Source: Burkholderiales bacterium
Lineage (GTDB): Bacteria > Vulcanimicrobiota > Xenobia > Xenobiales > Xenobiaceae
NCBI GenBank assembly: GCA_012799975.1
Contig: JAAZKF010000120.1
Span: forward strand, 1 to 49,903
Direction of reading: 5' to 3'
DNA: 49,903 nucleotides
Shown here piece by piece: positions 36,504 to 44,831 of this stretch. Numbering within the stretch: position 1 is the first letter of the stretch; every line of letters begins with the position of its first letter. Below the pieces are notes generated by a model. It was not told where the DNA came from. It searched no databases and saw only the letters and a program-made list of their open reading frames with translations. The translations under genes and the position numbers were made by a program.

Positions 36504-36537
36504 TTCCAACAGGCCAGCCCTGGGAGGTGAGCGGACC

Positions 36538-37080
36538 GTGGCAGACATAAAGGACGAGCATTGCCTGGACGGGTTCTCCGGCCGGATCGGCCAGAGTCTG
36601 CGCCTCCTGGAAACAGCGGATGGCCGTCGGCAGGTTCGGGCCCTGGACTGCCCCTGTGGACATGACCCGGTCTGTTGGGAGTCCTTCCAGGAGGCCCTGG
36701 CCTACGCCCGAGGAGCCCGCCATCATCCGGAGTACCGCAAGACGGCTCGCCAGAGGAGGGCCTCTGCCATGCAGGTGGCCACCGCGGACTTCCTGCACGC
36801 TCCGGAAATCCACCGCATCGACCTGGAGGACTACCACGGTCGACCCGGCGACCTCATCCGCATCCATGCCTCGGACGACGTGGCCGTCACCAGCCTGGGC
36901 ATCCTGATCGTCGACTCCGCCAACCACCTGATCGAGATGGGCATGGCGCGGCATGAAGGGGGAGATACCTGGATCTACCGCGCCACCCGCCAGGCTCCGG
37001 GCGAGCATGTCCGGGTCATCGTCGACGCCGCCGATCTTCCCGGTCATCTGACGGAAGGTCGGGCCGAAAAAAATATTTAG
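36538..37080 (+). CDS. Hypothetical protein (Cys-containing N-terminus, beta-sandwich-like C-terminus)
   Basis: The GTG at 36538 lies 10 nt after GGGAGG (36522-36527), avoiding overlap with the glycosyltransferase gene. No family recognised. Confidence 0.45.
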   Translation: MADIKDEHCLDGFSGRIGQSLRLLETADGRRQVRALDCPCGHDPVCWESFQEALAYARGARHHPEYRKTARQRRASAMQVATADFLHAPEIHRIDLEDYHGRPGDLIRIHASDDVAVTSLGILIVDSANHLIEMGMARHEGGDTWIYRATRQAPGEHVRVIVDAADLPGHLTEGRAEKNI

Positions 37081-37088
37081 GAGTCCCC

Positions 37089-37421
37089 ATGTCTGGATTC
37101 TCGGTGTGCATGGTAACCGCACCTTCCATGTCTGAAGCCCGCGAAATTGGGCGAAGCCTCTTGGAAGAGCGCCTGGTGGCGTGCATCAACCTGCTCCCTT
37201 CCGTGAGCTCGATGTACTGGTGGGAGGGGCAGATCGAGGAGGCGGACGAGGTCCTGATGGTCCTCAAGACCCGTACCCAACTGCTCGACAGGTTGGTCGG
37301 GCGGGTCCGCGAGCTGCATCCCTACAGCGTTCCCGAAGTCCTGTCCTGGCCCCTGGGGCCGGGCAACCCCGAATATCTGGATTGGTTGGCCTCCGAGGCC
37401 ACCGGATCGAGGATTTCCTGA
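37089..37421 (+). CDS. cutA: Divalent-cation tolerance protein CutA
   Basis: LVACINLLPSVSSMYWWEGQIEEADEVLMVLKT...HPYSVPEV is the canonical CutA1 pattern. AGGAG Shine-Dalgarno upstream. Confidence 0.85.
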   Translation: MSGFSVCMVTAPSMSEAREIGRSLLEERLVACINLLPSVSSMYWWEGQIEEADEVLMVLKTRTQLLDRLVGRVRELHPYSVPEVLSWPLGPGNPEYLDWLASEATGSRIS

Positions 37422-37428
37422 AAATCGG

Positions 37429-37458
37429 TTGACTTCCCGGAAATCTGTCGTGATGAAT
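37429..37458 (+). promoter_or_regulatory. Candidate promoter (TTGACT, 18-nt spacer, ATGAAT)
   Basis: -35 TTGACT at 37429-37434 and a weak -10 ATGAAT at 37453-37458, in the 80-nt gap before the PLD-like gene. Confidence 0.25.
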
Positions 37459-37501
37459 CGGGGGATAGGTTCCGCGAATGGTCTGTCTTGGAGGCTCCCC
37501 C

Positions 37502-39799
37502 ATGGATGCGATTGATCCCCGTCTGCACCTTGGCCAGGTCGGTCCGGTCCTGCCGCGCATTTCACGCGAGGTTGTGACTCGTAACGAGGAGAATCCGCCG
37601 GCGGCTCCCACCGAGAGCTTCCTCCCCGGTGAGGTGGGCGAAGCGGGGACCATCGGCCTCCCGAAATCGCCGAGGCAGACCGCCTCTGGCGTACCAGCCT
37701 CTTTCGAGTTCGGTTCGGATGCCGAGTCCCTGCGCAACATGCGCCTCATGGCCGAGGAACTGCGCCAGACCCGCAAGGATCTCAAGGCCGAGCGCAAGGA
37801 TCTGCGTCAGGAGAACGGTTCGGTCTCAGACAAGGCCCGGGTCCACGGGGGGCTTCAGGATGTCGATGCGGCCCTCGAACGGATCGAGCTGGCCCACCGA
37901 GACTCCCGATGGGCCCAGGTGGCTTCCGCCGTGGAAGGCGAGGTCTCCCCGGTCTATCGCTCCTATTTCCTCCACGGTCGGACTCCGGTCCGTGAGATGC
38001 AGGAGGTCCTGCGCACTGCCCAGGATCTGGCCAATCCGGATTCCCAGTTGCGCCTGAAGGGGAACGACATCCAGCCACTGGTCCGCGACGAGATCTGGAA
38101 GACCAAGATGGAGCGCCTGGAGGAGGTGGCACGTCAGCCCATCCGGGACGGTAAACCCGTCGAGATCGATGCCGAATACTATGAATTGGCCAGCCCTGAT
38201 TTCATCGAGAAGCTGGCCCGGGCTTCGCGGGGCGGAGCGGACGTCAAGGTCCTCATGGACCCCGGGACGGTCTCGCGCATGAGCGGAACCCCGGATGCCA
38301 CCTCGCTGGCCTCCCGGCTCAACACCGTCCGCCGCCTCGAGGAAGGCTCTGGCGGCCGCGCGGGGATTCAATTCTTCGCCAACCGTGAGGTCCTGGGTGG
38401 GCGGGACGAGATCATGCACCGCAAGCTTCTCCGGGTCGGCGACGGGGTGGTCTTCGGCGGGATGAACGCCAACCAGGGATCAGGCGAGAACGTGGATTTC
38501 GGGATGGAGATCCAAGGACCCGGAGCTGCCCGCTTCGTCGAGATCTTCCGCCAGGATGTGGAACTCTCCCGAGGTCGCTCGGTAGAAGCCATCTACGGCT
38601 CGCAGCTCGAGGATCTGCGCCAGACCGAGGGAGTGGTCCTGCAGACTCGGGGGGTCCTGGACCTGCTGGAGTCCCAGATTCCGGGAGGCCCCCGGACTGG
38701 GGAATCCTGGGACCAGAGGGTCGATCGGGTGCTGGAGAACGCCTCCTACCAGGGACTTCGGGTCTCTGACCTGGTGGAGCTTCCCAACGCCACGCCAGGT
38801 CAGGCTCCTACCGCCGAGCAGGAGAGGGCCTGGCTGCTGGCAGGGCGCGGAGATGCCGTGCTGACCGAGAAGGGACGCCATCTGCTGGCCGACGGCATGG
38901 AAGCAGCCGTCAACCGGATGAACTCTGCTGCCAACCAGGAAACCCTGCAGGCCATCCGCCCGCCCAGTGCGCAGAAGGTCGGCAACGAGACCATGGCCAT
39001 CGGAGACACCTCCGTCGAGCGGCAGGCGATGGTCCTGCACGCCATCGATTCGGCAGAGAAATACATCAAGGTCTCGGCCTTTGTCTTGAACGAGGACCTG
39101 GCACGTCTGCTGGTCGAGAAGAAGGAGGCCATGGAAGCCCAGGGCAAGCCCTTCGAAGTGCAGGTCGTCATGGACCCGGGGGTTTATCCTTACGGGGGCT
39201 CTCCGAATGAGGCCGCCTACCACCTGCTCGAGGATCGGGGGGTCGAGGTCCGCTGGGCCGCCCTGGATCGCAGCTCTCCCGACCACGACCGCAAGGTCCA
39301 TGCCAAGCTCCTGCTGACCGACCAGATGATGGTCGCGGGAAGCACCAACTTCTCCCACAAGGGGCTGCGGGACAACTGGGAACTCTCGGATGTCACCTTC
39401 TTCCAGGACGAAGCCAGTCGTGCTGACCAGCAGAAGGTGGAGGCGGACTTCCAGCACCTTTGGGAGCGGGAATCCCTGGCCATCGACACGCGAGCACTGG
39501 CCGAGTCCAAGCATGGAACAGGCCAGGACCCCGAGTCGGTCTACCTCCGGGATGAAGAACGCACCCGCAGCCTGCGCAGCTTCCTGCGCGGGATCGGGAA
39601 CCTGGAGAAGGAGATCGGCAGTCAGGTCCAGGAACTCCGGGCCTCCGACCCGGTCCTGGCCTATACGGTGGACCAGAGGGTTCGCGAGGGGCACTCGGAA
39701 GGCTACGCGACGCTGAATGCGATCGGCGAGGATCGTCTGGCCCAGATTCGCTACGAGTCCTCCGCCTGGCAGACCCTCCAGCAGATGGTCACGGCCTGA
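37502..39799 (+). CDS. Phospholipase D-superfamily protein with two HKD motifs and a roughly 220-aa N-terminal region of unknown function
   Basis: The ATG at 37502 lies 7 nt after GGAGG (37490-37494). HKD-like motif 1 is HRKLLRVGD...GGMN (about 38416-38442; one extra residue between K and D). Canonical motif 2 is HAKLLLTD...GSTNFS (about 39299-39322). Confidence 0.75.
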   Translation: MDAIDPRLHLGQVGPVLPRISREVVTRNEENPPAAPTESFLPGEVGEAGTIGLPKSPRQTASGVPASFEFGSDAESLRNMRLMAEELRQTRKDLKAERKDLRQENGSVSDKARVHGGLQDVDAALERIELAHRDSRWAQVASAVEGEVSPVYRSYFLHGRTPVREMQEVLRTAQDLANPDSQLRLKGNDIQPLVRDEIWKTKMERLEEVARQPIRDGKPVEIDAEYYELASPDFIEKLARASRGGADVKVLMDPGTVSRMSGTPDATSLASRLNTVRRLEEGSGGRAGIQFFANREVLGGRDEIMHRKLLRVGDGVVFGGMNANQGSGENVDFGMEIQGPGAARFVEIFRQDVELSRGRSVEAIYGSQLEDLRQTEGVVLQTRGVLDLLESQIPGGPRTGESWDQRVDRVLENASYQGLRVSDLVELPNATPGQAPTAEQERAWLLAGRGDAVLTEKGRHLLADGMEAAVNRMNSAANQETLQAIRPPSAQKVGNETMAIGDTSVERQAMVLHAIDSAEKYIKVSAFVLNEDLARLLVEKKEAMEAQGKPFEVQVVMDPGVYPYGGSPNEAAYHLLEDRGVEVRWAALDRSSPDHDRKVHAKLLLTDQMMVAGSTNFSHKGLRDNWELSDVTFFQDEASRADQQKVEADFQHLWERESLAIDTRALAESKHGTGQDPESVYLRDEERTRSLRSFLRGIGNLEKEIGSQVQELRASDPVLAYTVDQRVREGHSEGYATLNAIGEDRLAQIRYESSAWQTLQQMVTA

Positions 39800-39908
39800 A
39801 ATCTGCCAGCGGAAGGGATCCCGCTCCGGAACTGGAACGCTCCCCTGCCTGTCGGGTGCGACGCTTCCCGGTTGAACACAGGTTCTTGAAGAGGATTCCC
39901 GGCCCCTT

Positions 39909-40496
39909 ATGATGATCCCGGCAACCCCGGTGCGAAGGCACGTTCTGGCTTGGAGCCTGACCAGTTGGGTCAAGGTCTCCCTCATGTCCAGCTTGGCGAC
40001 GGTGCTGATGCTGGCACTGCAGGTACCCTTGTTCCCTTGTGCCCCCTTTCTGACCTACGACCTGTCGGATGTGCCCGCGGTCATCGCGGGGTTCGCCATG
40101 GGACCCTGGCAGGGGATGATGGTGGTGGTCCTCAAGAACCTGCTCTTCCTGATCCAACGCCCCCAGGCCACCGAACTGATCGGGATCCCGATGAATATCG
40201 CGGCGGGAGTGACCATGGTCGGCGTCTCGGCCTCCTTCTACTGGCACCGCAAGTCGCGCTTCAGCGCGCTTCTGGGCCTGCTGCTGGGAACCTTGGCCAT
40301 GGCAACCATCATGATCCCGGTGAACCTGCTGGTCTATCCCTTCTTTGCGTGGGTCTTCGGCATTCAATCCGAGTTGGACCTGACGACCTTCGTCCTAGGG
40401 ACGGTGACCCCGTTCAATCTTCTCAAAGGGGCCCTCACGGCGCTTCTGACCTTGCCCGTCTATAAGCGTTTCTCGTCTTTCCTCAAACTCTGGTAG
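39909..40496 (+). CDS. ECF-transporter substrate-specific (S) component, substrate unknown
   Basis: 195 aa with 5-6 TM segments. The layout is typical of S components (...YDLSDVPAVIAGFAMGPWQG..., C-terminal TPFNLLKGALTALLTLPVYKRF). No EcfA/EcfT genes are adjacent. Confidence 0.65.
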   Translation: MMIPATPVRRHVLAWSLTSWVKVSLMSSLATVLMLALQVPLFPCAPFLTYDLSDVPAVIAGFAMGPWQGMMVVVLKNLLFLIQRPQATELIGIPMNIAAGVTMVGVSASFYWHRKSRFSALLGLLLGTLAMATIMIPVNLLVYPFFAWVFGIQSELDLTTFVLGTVTPFNLLKGALTALLTLPVYKRFSSFLKLW

Positions 40497-40500
40497 TCAG

Positions 40501-40557
40501 CCTGAATCCGCCGTCGGGTTTGAGAATCGAAACCGTCGAGGCGGGCCCGTCTGCGTC
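40501..40557. repeat. Intergenic element copy 2: block A, hairpin, 25-nt block B
   Basis: CCTGAATCCGCCG at 40501-40513. A GGTTT-gagaatcg-AAACC hairpin follows. The 25-mer at 40533-40557 is identical to 17300-17324. Confidence 0.7.
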
Positions 40558-40686
40558 TCTGATATACGGGAATCCGCAGGGTTTCCAGGGGCTTCTGGCC
40601 TGGTTCCCAGGAAGGGGCCGGCCCTTCGAACGAGAAGAGGCGGGTCCCCCGGTCTTCTGAAGCTTCCGCCGGGGTCGGAGCCCCGC

Positions 40687-41523
40687 TTGCTGGAGATCAC
40701 CCGCTTCTTCCAGGACATCACCTTCAGGGATCTCTTTGATGTATCCCTGGTTGCGCTATGCCTGTACTACCTGCTGCTGGCCTTGCGCGGAACCCGTGCC
40801 ATCCAGATCCTCCAAGGTTTGACGGTCCTGTTCATCCTGCTGGCCATCGCCTACCTGGCCCGCCTGCAGACGCTGACCCATCTGTTGAACGGTGTCCTGG
40901 TCTCGACGGCAGTGGCCCTGCCCGTCGTCTTCCAGCCCGAGTTGCGGCGGACGCTGATGCGCTTGGGTCAACAAGGGCTGCTGACACCCGGTTCCCTGCG
41001 CAACCTGGGCAAGGAGGAACTCGGCCGCCTGGTAGACGAGGTCTCGTTTGCCGCTTTGAACCTTTCGCTGGCTCGTTTCGGCGCTTTGGTGGTGCTCGAA
41101 CAGGAGACGGGCCTGGAGGAAATAACCGAGACCGGCCAGGCGATCAACGGGATTATTTCCGCCAAGCTTCTGCAGACCATCTTCCACCCCAAGACTCCGC
41201 TTCACGACGGGGCGGTGGTGATCCGGGGCACTCAACTGGTGGCGGCAGCATGTTACCTGCCTTTGACCGAGCAGGTGGTGGACGCCCGCTTCGGGACCCG
41301 TCATCGAGCGGCGCTGGGAATCACCGAACAGACCGATGCCGTGGTCGTGGTGGTTTCGGAGGAGACCGGTGATATCCGGATCGCCCATGAGGGGCACTTC
41401 TCTCGACCCATGACCGAGGAGGCCGAAGTCCGCAAGGTCCTCAACCAGTACCTGGTGGCCGAGGTCTACCGGAGTCGCACCCCGCGGGTCCGCCCGGCCA
41501 CCATCCCGGAGTCCGGCTCATGA
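40687..41523 (+). CDS. cdaA: Diadenylate cyclase CdaA (membrane-anchored DAC domain)
   Basis: Three N-terminal TM segments. DAC motifs LHDGAVVIRG, GTRHRAALGITEQTDA and VVVSEETGDI. TTG start at 40687. Confidence 0.9.
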   Translation: MLEITRFFQDITFRDLFDVSLVALCLYYLLLALRGTRAIQILQGLTVLFILLAIAYLARLQTLTHLLNGVLVSTAVALPVVFQPELRRTLMRLGQQGLLTPGSLRNLGKEELGRLVDEVSFAALNLSLARFGALVVLEQETGLEEITETGQAINGIISAKLLQTIFHPKTPLHDGAVVIRGTQLVAAACYLPLTEQVVDARFGTRHRAALGITEQTDAVVVVVSEETGDIRIAHEGHFSRPMTEEAEVRKVLNQYLVAEVYRSRTPRVRPATIPESGS

Positions 41524-42458
41524 GGTTCCTGCGGCAGAATCTGGGTCTGAAGCTTCTGGCCTTGTTCCTGGCCCTGTGCGCCTGGAGCATCGTCCGCCTG
41601 ACGGCGGCCCCGACGGGCGAGACTCCGGCTCAGCGGGTTTTCTTCAAACCCCTCCAGGTCATTCCCCCGGAAGACCCGGATCTGGTCTACAAGGTGGGCC
41701 ACCAGGAGGTGGTCATCACCCTGCGCGGACGCCGGGGCGTCCTGGAGAAGATCGATCCCGGCCAGATTTCGGTGGATGTCGACCTCTCCAAGCGCGTGGC
41801 CGGAGACTACATGGCCAAGGTGGACGTGCTGGCCCCCGGTGGGGCAGAAATTTCGGATGTCCATCCGACGCATATCTGGGCCCAGATAACCCGCAACGAG
41901 GCCGCCTTCAAACCGGTGCGGGTGCAACTTTTGGGGCGTTCCGCCGAGGGAACCCATGTCGGGACTCCGGCTGCCGAGCCCCGGAACGTCCGGATTACCG
42001 GTCCCCCGGCCAACGTTGAGGAAGTCCAGGCCGTCGTCGCACCGGTCAACCTGGCTGCCCTGGATCGGACCTTCAGCACCCGGGCTCGAGCCTTGGAAGC
42101 GGTCGATGCTAATGGCCGAGCCATCGAGGGCGTCGAAATCCACTCGGAGGGTGTCGATATCACGGTGCCGATCGGGATCGTGCACGAAGCCCGGGTCCAG
42201 ACCGATCAGGTCACCGTCAAGAGAGCCCCGGGTTGGACCTACTCGATTTCCGCGGACCCTCCCAAGGTGCCCCTGGAAGGGCCGGTCGGTTTTGAGATGC
42301 CGGATGTCGTGCACACCGAGCCCTGGACCTTCCAGCATGACACTCAGCCCCAGACTCGGGAACTGCGTCTCGTGCTTCCCGAAGGACTTCAGTTCGCCGG
42401 GGAGACTCGGGTACTGGTCTCGGTCCTTCCGACCCGGACCAGCTCGCCGGCACCCTGA
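41520..42458 (+). CDS. cdaR: CdaA regulatory protein CdaR (YbbR-like domains)
   Basis: ATGA overlap with cdaA. N-terminal TM segment (LKLLALFLALCAWSIV) followed by repeated YbbR-like beta modules. It occupies the conserved position between cdaA and glmM. Confidence 0.8.
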   Translation: MRFLRQNLGLKLLALFLALCAWSIVRLTAAPTGETPAQRVFFKPLQVIPPEDPDLVYKVGHQEVVITLRGRRGVLEKIDPGQISVDVDLSKRVAGDYMAKVDVLAPGGAEISDVHPTHIWAQITRNEAAFKPVRVQLLGRSAEGTHVGTPAAEPRNVRITGPPANVEEVQAVVAPVNLAALDRTFSTRARALEAVDANGRAIEGVEIHSEGVDITVPIGIVHEARVQTDQVTVKRAPGWTYSISADPPKVPLEGPVGFEMPDVVHTEPWTFQHDTQPQTRELRLVLPEGLQFAGETRVLVSVLPTRTSSPAP

Positions 42459-42505
42459 AGGGGCTGGGGAACTGGCGACGAAAGCGCGCGGCCATTCAGC
42501 CGCCA

Positions 42506-43936
42506 ATGGAGTCTTCCATGTCCTCACTCTTTGGAACCGACGGAGTCCGCGGGGTCGCCAACCGGGACCTGACCCCCGAGCTGGCTTTCCGGATCGGGCG
42601 GGCCCACGGTCATCTCTTGAGCCCCCCTGGGCGCCGTCCTCGCGTCGCTATCGGGCGCGATACCCGGGTCAGCGGTCAGATGCTGGAGGCAGCCTACGTG
42701 GCGGGTCTATGCTCGTCGGGGGCAGACGTGATCCTGCTGGGCATCATGCCCACCCCCGGGGTCGCCTGGCTGGTCGTTCAGCTCCAAGCCGACGGCGGCG
42801 CGGTGATTTCAGCCAGCCACAACCCGGTGCAGGACAACGGGATCAAGCTTCTCAATGACCAGGGTTTCAAGCTTTCCGATGAGGAGGAAGAGACCCTGGA
42901 AGCGTTCGTCACCCGGGCTGACGAGCTTCCCCGCCCCATCGGAGCCGACCTGGGCCGGGTTGAGTCCCGCTCGGAAGAGGCCGAGGACCTCTATGTGGAT
43001 CACCTGTTCCGCAGCGCTCCCTCGCGCCTGGATGGCCTGGAGGTCGTCCTGGACTGCGCCAACGGCGCGGCCTGTCGGGTGGCTCCACGGGTCTTTGAGG
43101 CTTTGGGAGCCCGGGCCACGGTCCTGTCGGCTCGCCCCGATGGGATCAACATCAATCGGGACTGCGGATCCACCCACCCCGAGGAAATGCTCAGGACCGT
43201 CTGCCAGACCCGCTCCCGCCTGGGCCTGGCCTTTGATGGCGATGCCGATCGCTGTCTGGCCTCCGACGAGGAAGGGAACCTGGTGGACGGGGATCCCATG
43301 CTGCTGCTCTTCGCACGCTGGTTGCGCCAGCACGGTCGTCTGCCCGGCGACATCCTGGTCACCACCGTAATGGCCAACTTCGGCTTGGAAGAAGCCTTGC
43401 GCCGGGAAGGGATCGGGATGGTCCGGACCCCGGTAGGTGATCGCTACGTGCTGGCCGAGATGCGACGCTGCGGTGGGACCTTGGGCGGGGAACAATCGGG
43501 TCACATCATCTTCCTGGATCACGCCACCACTGGCGACGGAGTCCTGACCGGGGTGATCCTGGCTTCTATCGTTCACCAGGCGACCGAACCGCTCTCCTGT
43601 ATGGTTCGGGCCATGACCCGCATGCCTCAGGTCCTGGTCAACGTCCCGGTCCGCGACAAGTCGCTGTGGGACAAGGACCCCGAGATCGCCCAGGCCGTGG
43701 CTCAAGGCCAGGATCGGCTCCGCGAACGCGGGCGCATCCTGGTCCGCCCTTCGGGCACCGAGAACCTGGTGCGGATCATGCTGGAAGGTCCCGATCGAGA
43801 AGAGCTTGATCGCCTGGTAGGCGAGATCCGACAAGTCATGGAAGAGCGCCTGGCCGTTCAGGGAACGGCCTGCTGTCATGGCTCCACCCCAGACCGGGAG
43901 CATCCGTCAGAGGGCAACCCCGGTTCGCCACCCTGA
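42506..43936 (+). CDS. glmM: Phosphoglucosamine mutase
   Basis: LFGTDGVRGVAN, ISASHNP (phosphoserine loop), FDGDADR, GGEQSGH and RPSGTE. An alternative ATG lies 12 nt downstream. Confidence 0.9.
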   Translation: MESSMSSLFGTDGVRGVANRDLTPELAFRIGRAHGHLLSPPGRRPRVAIGRDTRVSGQMLEAAYVAGLCSSGADVILLGIMPTPGVAWLVVQLQADGGAVISASHNPVQDNGIKLLNDQGFKLSDEEEETLEAFVTRADELPRPIGADLGRVESRSEEAEDLYVDHLFRSAPSRLDGLEVVLDCANGAACRVAPRVFEALGARATVLSARPDGININRDCGSTHPEEMLRTVCQTRSRLGLAFDGDADRCLASDEEGNLVDGDPMLLLFARWLRQHGRLPGDILVTTVMANFGLEEALRREGIGMVRTPVGDRYVLAEMRRCGGTLGGEQSGHIIFLDHATTGDGVLTGVILASIVHQATEPLSCMVRAMTRMPQVLVNVPVRDKSLWDKDPEIAQAVAQGQDRLRERGRILVRPSGTENLVRIMLEGPDREELDRLVGEIRQVMEERLAVQGTACCHGSTPDREHPSEGNPGSPP

Positions 43937-43948
43937 GGAGGCATCCCG

Positions 43949-44827
43949 TTGAATCCTGACTCCACCTCCGAGGTCCTCTCGGCGCTTCGAGATGCCCAGA
44001 AGCGCCTCACCGATATCGCACGCCCCTTCAAGGATGCCGAGCGTCTCCTCAAGGAACTTTCCGATCCTCGGACCCGACGAAACCTGAAGAAGATCGGTGT
44101 GTCCCTGTCCCGACTGCGCGCCCTGCCACCGGTCCAGACTGAGTTGACGGCCGAGCTGGGTCCCCTGATCGAGACCCTGGAAGCTTTCGTCCAGGAGCAG
44201 GAGCGCAGCCGCCCGCTGTACTTCGGGCGCAGCCTGCGCGAGGCGGCCGAGGCCCAGCAAATCGCGTTTTCGGTGCTGACCTCCGAACCCCCCGAATACC
44301 GCCTGGCCCCCTTCAGCGTCGGCGCAGACTTCCGTAAGGGCAGGGCTGAACTGCGCTACGCCCGTCTGGCGCTATGCGAGGTAGACCTGGACCCCGAGTC
44401 CCTGTTGAAGGCTCGTTTGAAGATGCTGGAGGCCTTGGATACCAAGGATTTCTGCCCCGAGCGCTTTTTCGACCGCCTGCTGGAGGCCTACCGCAGGGTC
44501 CTGGAAGGACGATCGATGGGGGAGCGGGTCAACCTGGTGGACCTGCTCCCCGAGTTGGCTTTCCTGGGCCAATCCGAGCGCTTCCGCAAGGATCCCATCC
44601 GCGACCACTATCAGCCCTACGGCCGGGTCCGACTGGCCTGGGATCTGGCCCGCTTGCGGCGCAGCGGTTCCTTGTCCCGCAAGGGGTTGCGCCTGGGCCT
44701 GGGCACTGCCACCATGTCCACGACCCGGAAAAAGGAGGGCGTGCTCTTCCTGGAGGACGAGACGGGTCGCGGACAATATTACCTGAGTTTGTGCTTTGCT
44801 CCCGACCCGACACCCCAAGGAGCCTGA
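43949..44827 (+). CDS. Hypothetical protein, first gene of the ATPase-ATPase-helicase cluster
   Basis: The TTG at 43949 lies 7 nt after GAGGAGG (43935-43941), which overlaps the glmM stop. 292 aa, helical and Arg/Leu/Glu-rich. No TM segment, signal peptide or catalytic motif recognised. Confidence 0.55.
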   Translation: MNPDSTSEVLSALRDAQKRLTDIARPFKDAERLLKELSDPRTRRNLKKIGVSLSRLRALPPVQTELTAELGPLIETLEAFVQEQERSRPLYFGRSLREAAEAQQIAFSVLTSEPPEYRLAPFSVGADFRKGRAELRYARLALCEVDLDPESLLKARLKMLEALDTKDFCPERFFDRLLEAYRRVLEGRSMGERVNLVDLLPELAFLGQSERFRKDPIRDHYQPYGRVRLAWDLARLRRSGSLSRKGLRLGLGTATMSTTRKKEGVLFLEDETGRGQYYLSLCFAPDPTPQGA

Positions 44828-44831
44828 AGTC

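Noticed and set aside
39801-39818. AUCUGCCAGCGGAAGGGA resembles the 3' GCCAGCGUAGGGA segment of TPP riboswitches, upstream of an ECF S-component
   Set aside because: No CUGAGA element, no GGGGUGC-type P2/P3 region and no P4 stem-loop are present. The upstream half would lie inside the PLD coding region.
40497-40721. 74-aa minus-strand ORF in the ECF to cdaA intergenic region
   Set aside because: It overlaps the repeated element and the cdaA start. The composition is Arg/Pro/Gly-rich and there is no Shine-Dalgarno.
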